From contig DATLDN010000203.1 of assembly GCA_035525855.1 (NCBI GenBank), forward strand, positions 4,737-68,736: a DNA stretch of 64,000 bases, read 5' to 3'. This DNA is from Gemmatimonadaceae bacterium. Its GTDB lineage: Bacteria; Gemmatimonadota; Gemmatimonadetes; Gemmatimonadales; Gemmatimonadaceae. Below are positions 58,307 to 64,000 of this stretch, piece after piece; the first letter of the stretch is position 1, and each line of letters opens with the position of its first letter. The position numbers and the translations under genes are program-made. The notes beneath the pieces are model-generated. The model made no database searches, was not told the DNA's origin, and saw nothing but the letters and a program-made list of their open reading frames with translations.

Positions 58307-60903
58307 GTCGCGCTTCATCAACTCCGTTGATGCAGCAATACCGGGAGATCAAAGCCCGGCACCAGGATGCAATTCTGTTTTTTCGAATGGGCGACTTCTA
58401 CGAGATGTTCTACGAGGATGCGGAGATCGCCTCGCGCGCACTTGGTCTCACGCTAACATCGAGAAACAATGGGGGATCGGCAGAAGTGCCTCTTGCCGGC
58501 GTTCCCGTAAAAGCAGCGAGCGAATATCTGCGGCGACTGGTTCAGCAGGGATTTCGAGTTTCCATCTGTGAACAGACCGAAGATCCTCGACATGCAAAGG
58601 GAATTGTTCGCAGGGAAGTTGTCGAGACTGTAACACCCGGCGCAGCGTATGCCGATGACATGCTCGATGGCTCGCGAAATAATTTTCTCTGCGCCGTGCA
58701 TTCCACTGGAACGCTGGTTGGAATTGCAGCTGCGGATGTGTCGACTGGCGAGATGCGACTTGTCATTGTGCCACCCGGTGATGTCGACGCAAACCTGTCG
58801 CGGCTTGCTCCACGCGAGATACTGATTGCGAAAGGATCGGCGGCGTTTTCGGTAGAAGGGTCGCTGATTACGGAGAGAGAATCGTGGGAATTCGATTCTT
58901 CTCTCGCCGGCACCGAGATGGCGAAGCAATTCGGAGTCGCGTCAGTCGAAGGGCTCGGCATAGACGCGAACGACGAGCCTGCGCTTGCCGCTGCCGGTGC
59001 ACTCATGCGTTATCTGCACGAGTTGCAACCGGGCGGATTGCCCCACCTAACACGTCCGAAAGTCGAGCGCCCTGGTGGTACAATGCCACTCGACGAAATG
59101 ACGCGACGTAATCTCGAGCTCGTCGAATCGTTGCGCGGTGGCGATAGTGGAGGAACGCTGATCGGAGTGCTCGATCGAACATTGACTCCAATGGGATCGC
59201 GTTTGCTGCGGCAATGGGTGTTGGCTCCGCTGACGGATCGCGTGTCGATCGAAAATAGACTCGACGCTGTGAGCGCGTTCGCGGGGAATTCCATTGTGCG
59301 TGAATCGATGCGCACCGCCCTCGACGGTGTGCGTGACGTGGAGAGACTGTCCACGAAGGCAGCATCAGGACGAGCAACACCGAGAGAGCTCAGAGCGCTC
59401 GGTGACTCGATCATGCGACTCCCTGATATCGAGATCGCGCTCGAGCAGGCAGTCGCGAAGTTCGATGGAGCGAGTCACCCGCTTTCTGCCCTACTCGGAC
59501 AATGGGATCGGTGCGCGGATCTGGGCGATGACATAACGCGCACGCTCGTCGATCGTCCACCAATCTCGCCTGGTGAAGAGCCCAGCATCAATCCGGGGAT
59601 TGATACGCAGCTGGACGAATGGCGTTCGCTCCGTGACGGTGGAAAAGACGCAATTGCGCGAATTCAAATGGACGAGCGAGCGCGCACTGGAATCAACTCG
59701 CTCAAGGTAGGCTACAATCGTGTGTTCGGGTACTTCATCGAGATCACGCGAACGAATGCGCATCTTGTACCGGCTGATTATCAACGCCGACAAACTCTTA
59801 CCGGTGCGGAGAGGTATGTCACGCCCGCGTTGAAAGAGTTCGAGGAAAAAGTCTTAACCGCTGCCGAACGAATCGAGGAGCGCGAGCGAGACATTTTTGA
59901 GCAGCTGCGAAAAAGAGTCGGTGCACAAATCGCAAGACTTCAGTGCACTGCGCGGCTGATTGCGGAGCTCGATGTTCTGAGTGCTCTGGCAGAAGTAGCA
60001 GAGCTCGAAGGATACGTGAGGCCCGAGATAACGGACTCGTTCGATCTCGAGATCCTGGCAGGACGACATCCGGTAGTCGAGCGAATGATGCAGCGCGAGA
60101 AGTTCATTCCGAACGACGTGAATCTCACGGAGCGGGCGCGGATGATCATTCTCACCGGACCGAACATGGCAGGGAAGTCGACCATTCTTCGTCAGATCGG
60201 GCTCATTGTGCTGATGGCACAGATCGGCAGCTTCGTTCCTGCTTCGAGGGCGAAGATTGGAGTTGTGGATCGATTGTTCACGCGTGTCGGGGCGAGTGAC
60301 AATCTTGTGCGCGGACAGTCGACATTCATGGTGGAGATGTCCGAAACCAGTGCGATTCTGCACACTGCGACCCGGGCGAGTCTCGTGCTGCTGGACGAGA
60401 TTGGCCGGGGAACCTCAACGTATGACGGTGTGTCGATTGCGTGGTCTGTGAGCGAGCATCTTCATGACAAGGTTGGCTGCAAAACAGTTTTTGCTACCCA
60501 CTATCACGAGCTGACGCAGCTTCCCGATGAATTAGTAGCAGCTTGTAACTATTCTGTTGACGTGAGGGAAGTAGAAGGACGGGTGCTATTCCTGCATCGG
60601 CTTGTCGCCGGTGGGGCAAACCGGTCTTATGGCATCGAGGTTGGAAGGCTCGCAGGATTGCCGGAGCCGGTTTTGCAACGAGCGAGAGCTTTGCTCAGCA
60701 TTTTCGAGCGCGAGCAGATCGTATCAGCGCTTGGCCGCAAGGGTGAGCGTAAGGGGAAAGACAGTGCAGATCAGCTACCGTTATTTGGATCGTTACCGAG
60801 TCCTATCGTGGAAGAGTTGAAGACACTCGATGCAAACGGGATGACGCCGATCGAAGCGTTGACGCTCTTGAATCGTCTCGTTGAGCGCGCAAGGCAGGCG
60901 TAG
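58303..60903 (+). CDS. mutS: DNA mismatch repair protein MutS
   Basis: TPLMQQY, GDFYEMF, GPNMAGKST and DEIGRGT motifs; C-terminal QLPLF. Confidence 0.98.
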   Translation: MSRASSTPLMQQYREIKARHQDAILFFRMGDFYEMFYEDAEIASRALGLTLTSRNNGGSAEVPLAGVPVKAASEYLRRLVQQGFRVSICEQTEDPRHAKGIVRREVVETVTPGAAYADDMLDGSRNNFLCAVHSTGTLVGIAAADVSTGEMRLVIVPPGDVDANLSRLAPREILIAKGSAAFSVEGSLITERESWEFDSSLAGTEMAKQFGVASVEGLGIDANDEPALAAAGALMRYLHELQPGGLPHLTRPKVERPGGTMPLDEMTRRNLELVESLRGGDSGGTLIGVLDRTLTPMGSRLLRQWVLAPLTDRVSIENRLDAVSAFAGNSIVRESMRTALDGVRDVERLSTKAASGRATPRELRALGDSIMRLPDIEIALEQAVAKFDGASHPLSALLGQWDRCADLGDDITRTLVDRPPISPGEEPSINPGIDTQLDEWRSLRDGGKDAIARIQMDERARTGINSLKVGYNRVFGYFIEITRTNAHLVPADYQRRQTLTGAERYVTPALKEFEEKVLTAAERIEERERDIFEQLRKRVGAQIARLQCTARLIAELDVLSALAEVAELEGYVRPEITDSFDLEILAGRHPVVERMMQREKFIPNDVNLTERARMIILTGPNMAGKSTILRQIGLIVLMAQIGSFVPASRAKIGVVDRLFTRVGASDNLVRGQSTFMVEMSETSAILHTATRASLVLLDEIGRGTSTYDGVSIAWSVSEHLHDKVGCKTVFATHYHELTQLPDELVAACNYSVDVREVEGRVLFLHRLVAGGANRSYGIEVGRLAGLPEPVLQRARALLSIFEREQIVSALGRKGERKGKDSADQLPLFGSLPSPIVEELKTLDANGMTPIEALTLLNRLVERARQA

Positions 60904-60912
60904 ATTACCGCG

Positions 60913-61515
60913 ATGTTCATGAAAGGCACGGCGCTCGTAATAGCGGCAAGTGTTGTCACGGCGGGATGCAATAAAGGCAGCGATGCGGATAAACAGTTCT
61001 CAGGAGTGGGCGCCCGGCCGGATATCCTTCCGGTGATGTTGAACAAGGATCTTCCGTTTCGTTATCCGGCGTCTCTTTACGCGAAGAAGGTTCAGGCGAA
61101 CGTTACTCTTCGCGTTTTCATCGATAAGGAAGGTCAGGTGGTTGCCGAATCCACGCACGTCGCGGAAAGCTCGGGGTTTCCACCGCTCGACTCTGCTGCG
61201 GTAAGGGGATCGGGCGAGCTGCGATTCATTCCAGCAAAAACGCGCGGGGAGGCAGTGCCGGTCTCAATTTTATTTCCCGTCTATTTCAGACACCCGGACG
61301 CCCCGCCACTGCCCGGCGATACGATCCTCAAGAGGAGTGGCGCAGCAACCGTTCTCAATCCGTCTCCGGCACCGGCGCCTAAAGACACAGCGAAGCCGGC
61401 AGTAGCAAAGGCTTCGTCCAAGTCATCGACCAAGCCAGCCAAGGCTTCGCCCAAGTCATCGACCAAGCCATCGGTGAAATCGTCGACGAAGTCATCATCG
61501 AAGAAAAAACGATAA
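60913..61515 (+). CDS. TonB C-terminal-domain lipoprotein with Lys/Ser-rich tail
   Basis: Lipobox TAGC; YP...V.LRVFIDKEG...SSG...LDSAA..FIPA motif. Confidence 0.8.
   Translation: MFMKGTALVIAASVVTAGCNKGSDADKQFSGVGARPDILPVMLNKDLPFRYPASLYAKKVQANVTLRVFIDKEGQVVAESTHVAESSGFPPLDSAAVRGSGELRFIPAKTRGEAVPVSILFPVYFRHPDAPPLPGDTILKRSGAATVLNPSPAPAPKDTAKPAVAKASSKSSTKPAKASPKSSTKPSVKSSTKSSSKKKR
61408..61470 (+). repeat. 33-bp-period tandem repeat in the TonB-like tail
   Basis: AAGGCTTCG(T/C)CCAAGTCATCGACCAAGCCA at 61408 and 61441. Confidence 0.85.
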
Positions 61516-62918
61516 TGGCAAACGTCGAGAGAAATCGGCGTCCATACGAGAGCGTCATCGAGACGATTGGATGGACTCCGCTAATCAGGCTGAATTCCGT
61601 AACGCGGGGAATTCGCACGCCGGTTTACGCAAAGGCGGAATTCTTCAATCCCGGCGGATCTGTAAAAGACCGGATTGCAATTCCAATCATAGAGAAGGCA
61701 GAACGGGAGGGAAAACTTCTTCCCGGCGGGACAATAGTTGAAGGAACTAGTGGGAATACCGGAGTTGCGCTTGCGATTGCCGCAGCGTTGCGCGGCTACA
61801 AATGCATCTTCACAATGCCGGACAAGATGTCGCAGGAAAAAGTGCGACTTCTCAAGGCGTTCGGTGCCGAGGTGATCATTACGCCCACTGCGGTCCCTCC
61901 CGACCATCCCGACAGCTATGTGATGATGGCGAAGAGAATCGCCGGCGAAACACCAAACGCGATTCTCGCGGACCAATTCTACAATCCAGCAAATCCCGAA
62001 GCTCATTATGAATTCACGGGTCCCGAGCTCTGGGATCAGACAGAGGGACGTATCACTCATTTCGTTGCCGGCGCAGGAACGGGCGGGACAATTACTGGAG
62101 TAGGTCGGTACCTCAAAGAAAAGAATCCGAACATCAAAGTGATTGCAGGCGATCCCGTCGGTTCAATTCTGGCGGATTACTGGCGCACGAATGGCGGTGA
62201 AAAGAACGAAGGCGTTCCATATAAAGTCGAGGGAATTGGACAGGACAAAATTCCCGGAACGCTCGATATGAGCGTGATCGATGATTACCAGACCGTAAGT
62301 GATCGCGATGCGTTTGCTATGGCGCGCCGGCTCACGCGTGAAGAAGGACTTTTTGTCGGTGGATCATCGGGATTGATCGCACACGTCGCACTCAGTGTTG
62401 CACGGAAACTGAGGGATCCGAATGCGTTTGTTGTGACGGTGCTGTGTGATACAGGCGAGCGATATCTCTCGAAAGTCTACAACGACGAATGGATGCGTGA
62501 GAATCAGCTGCTCGATTCTCCACGAGTGACACTGAGTCACGTGCTTGGCGGAAAGGAAAGCGACGATGGTGCGCCTGCGGTAATCAGCGTTGGCCCCGGA
62601 GCGAGCGTTCGCCAGGCACTTGGTCTAATGGCGCTTCACGACGTCTCACAGCTTCCGGTGATGGACGATGCAAACTGTGTTGGATCAGTGAGCGACTGGT
62701 CGCTATCGCAAAAAAGTCTCGAGAATCCAAAGCTGCTCGACACGACTGTGAGCGATGTGATGGAATCGCCATTCCCTATCGTTGCAGGCGATCAACCTGT
62801 GGACAGTGTCGTAAAACTCCTGTCCAAATCGAATCCGGCAGTGCTTGTGCGTAACAACGGAAAAGTTCGGGGCATTGTCACGCGATCCGATATGCTCCGC
62901 TTCATGATGTCACGATAA
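61515..62918 (+). CDS. Cystathionine beta-synthase (PLP domain + CBS pair)
   Basis: NPGGSVKDR, TSGNTG, GTGGT and VEGIG motifs; C-terminal CBS domains. Confidence 0.93.
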   Translation: MANVERNRRPYESVIETIGWTPLIRLNSVTRGIRTPVYAKAEFFNPGGSVKDRIAIPIIEKAEREGKLLPGGTIVEGTSGNTGVALAIAAALRGYKCIFTMPDKMSQEKVRLLKAFGAEVIITPTAVPPDHPDSYVMMAKRIAGETPNAILADQFYNPANPEAHYEFTGPELWDQTEGRITHFVAGAGTGGTITGVGRYLKEKNPNIKVIAGDPVGSILADYWRTNGGEKNEGVPYKVEGIGQDKIPGTLDMSVIDDYQTVSDRDAFAMARRLTREEGLFVGGSSGLIAHVALSVARKLRDPNAFVVTVLCDTGERYLSKVYNDEWMRENQLLDSPRVTLSHVLGGKESDDGAPAVISVGPGASVRQALGLMALHDVSQLPVMDDANCVGSVSDWSLSQKSLENPKLLDTTVSDVMESPFPIVAGDQPVDSVVKLLSKSNPAVLVRNNGKVRGIVTRSDMLRFMMSR

Positions 62919-62931
62919 AACCCGTAGAAAA

Positions 62932-63981
62932 GTGAAGATCACGGTATTGATGGGTGGAGCTTCCGCCGAGAGGAACGTGTCGCTCGCGTCGGGAATACGG
63001 ATTGTCAATGCGCTTCGGTCGCGAGGCCATGAGGTCACTGCATTCGATCCATCGCGGGGACCGATCGACGCAGAAACGGAAAAGCAGTTAAACGAGAATG
63101 CGGTGGGAACTGAGCCGCCCTCGCTCGAAGCGTTGGCGTCAACGACAGGTGGATCATTTCTGCCTGCGCTCGAAAGGCAGCCGGAGATTGCCGGAGCAGA
63201 TGTCGTCTTCCTCGGACTTCATGGCGGACAGGGAGAGGATGGGACGATCCAGGCTTTACTCGATATGGCGCATGTGACCTATACGGGAAGTGGCTTGCTC
63301 GCGAGCGCACTCGCGATGGATAAGGACCTCACGAAGCGGTTGTTCAGGGCAGCTGGAGTTCAGACTGCGGACTGGGCTATGGTTCCGGCGACAATCGACG
63401 ACATCGAGAAGCAATTCGGATTACCGGTCGTGGTAAAGCCCTCGAAACAGGGGTCAACTGTTGGGCTAACGGTCGTAAAAAAGCGCGAGCAGTTCGATGC
63501 GGCGGTTGAGGAGGCGCTCAAGTACGACGATGAGGTGATGATCGAGCGGTTTATTCCCGGGAGGGAGATCACGGTTGGCGTGCTTGGGGATAGGGTGCTT
63601 CCGGTTGGGGAAATAAAGCCGAAGCACGAGATCTACGACTACGAATGCAAGTACACTCCGGGGATGGCGGAGGAGGAGTTCCCCGCGAAACTTTCCGAAG
63701 AGGAAACAGCCCGGGTTCAGGAACAGGCTTTGGCGGCCTTTCAGGCGTTAAAACTGGGGGGCTGCGCGCGTGTTGATTTTCGTCTTGCTTCTACCGATGA
63801 TGGTGCCGGTAAAAATCGTGGCGAATTTTACTGTCTTGAGGTAAATACGTTGCCGGGAATGACGGAGCTGAGTCTCATTCCGCAGGGTGCAGCAGCGCTC
63901 GGACTATCGTTCGCCGATCTTTGTGAAGAGATTGTGCGACTCGCTGTGCAAAGGAACAGACCACCGCAGGCCGTGTTATAG
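62932..63981 (+). CDS. ddl: D-alanine--D-alanine ligase
   Basis: GGASAER.VSL.SG, LHGGQGEDG, YDYECKY and EVNTLPGMT motifs. Confidence 0.97.
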   Translation: MKITVLMGGASAERNVSLASGIRIVNALRSRGHEVTAFDPSRGPIDAETEKQLNENAVGTEPPSLEALASTTGGSFLPALERQPEIAGADVVFLGLHGGQGEDGTIQALLDMAHVTYTGSGLLASALAMDKDLTKRLFRAAGVQTADWAMVPATIDDIEKQFGLPVVVKPSKQGSTVGLTVVKKREQFDAAVEEALKYDDEVMIERFIPGREITVGVLGDRVLPVGEIKPKHEIYDYECKYTPGMAEEEFPAKLSEEETARVQEQALAAFQALKLGGCARVDFRLASTDDGAGKNRGEFYCLEVNTLPGMTELSLIPQGAAALGLSFADLCEEIVRLAVQRNRPPQAVL

Positions 63982-64000
63982 AAATCAGGTCCGATTTTTT

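Noticed and set aside
61408-61500. Repeats considered as a possible CRISPR array
   Set aside because: In-frame coding repeats without unique spacers; no cas genes
1-64000. Mobile elements, prophage, defence systems, tRNA or rRNA
   Set aside because: No integrase, transposase, phage or defence motifs and no tRNA or rRNA signatures recognised by eye

Overview
This 64 kb window looks like the replication-origin region of a bacterial chromosome. Gene content and protein style suggest Gemmatimonadota, but that is an inference from memory. It is almost all core housekeeping: argR/argG/argH, ispG, murB, mnmG, parA/parB with two parS sites, a nucleoside-type ABC transporter, polA, pyrE, RNase P RNA, dnaN-dnaA with a probable oriC, rpmH-rnpA-yidD-yidC-mnmE, upp, an ECF sigma/anti-sigma pair, holA, mutS, a cystathionine beta-synthase and ddl. 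I saw no CRISPR array, prophage, IS element, tRNA or rRNA, and no self-contained novel gene system. The best leads are small-scale: (i) a beta-clamp-binding-like motif (QMDFF) in the DnaA linker; (ii) a Bacillus-like DnaA-trio array between dnaA and dnaN; (iii) a perfect Rex-type palindrome upstream of a blue-copper lipoprotein; (iv) two genes (rnpA and a histidine kinase) that seem to need non-canonical CTG starts; (v) a degenerate Wzc-like pseudokinase coupled to msrC and an alarmone-hydrolase-like gene; (vi) a Nif3 gene embedded in the ABC transporter operon; (vii) a GWxTD / Ser-Thr kinase / His kinase cluster; (viii) a recurrent sigma54-like motif. All product calls come from motif recognition; no database searches were run.
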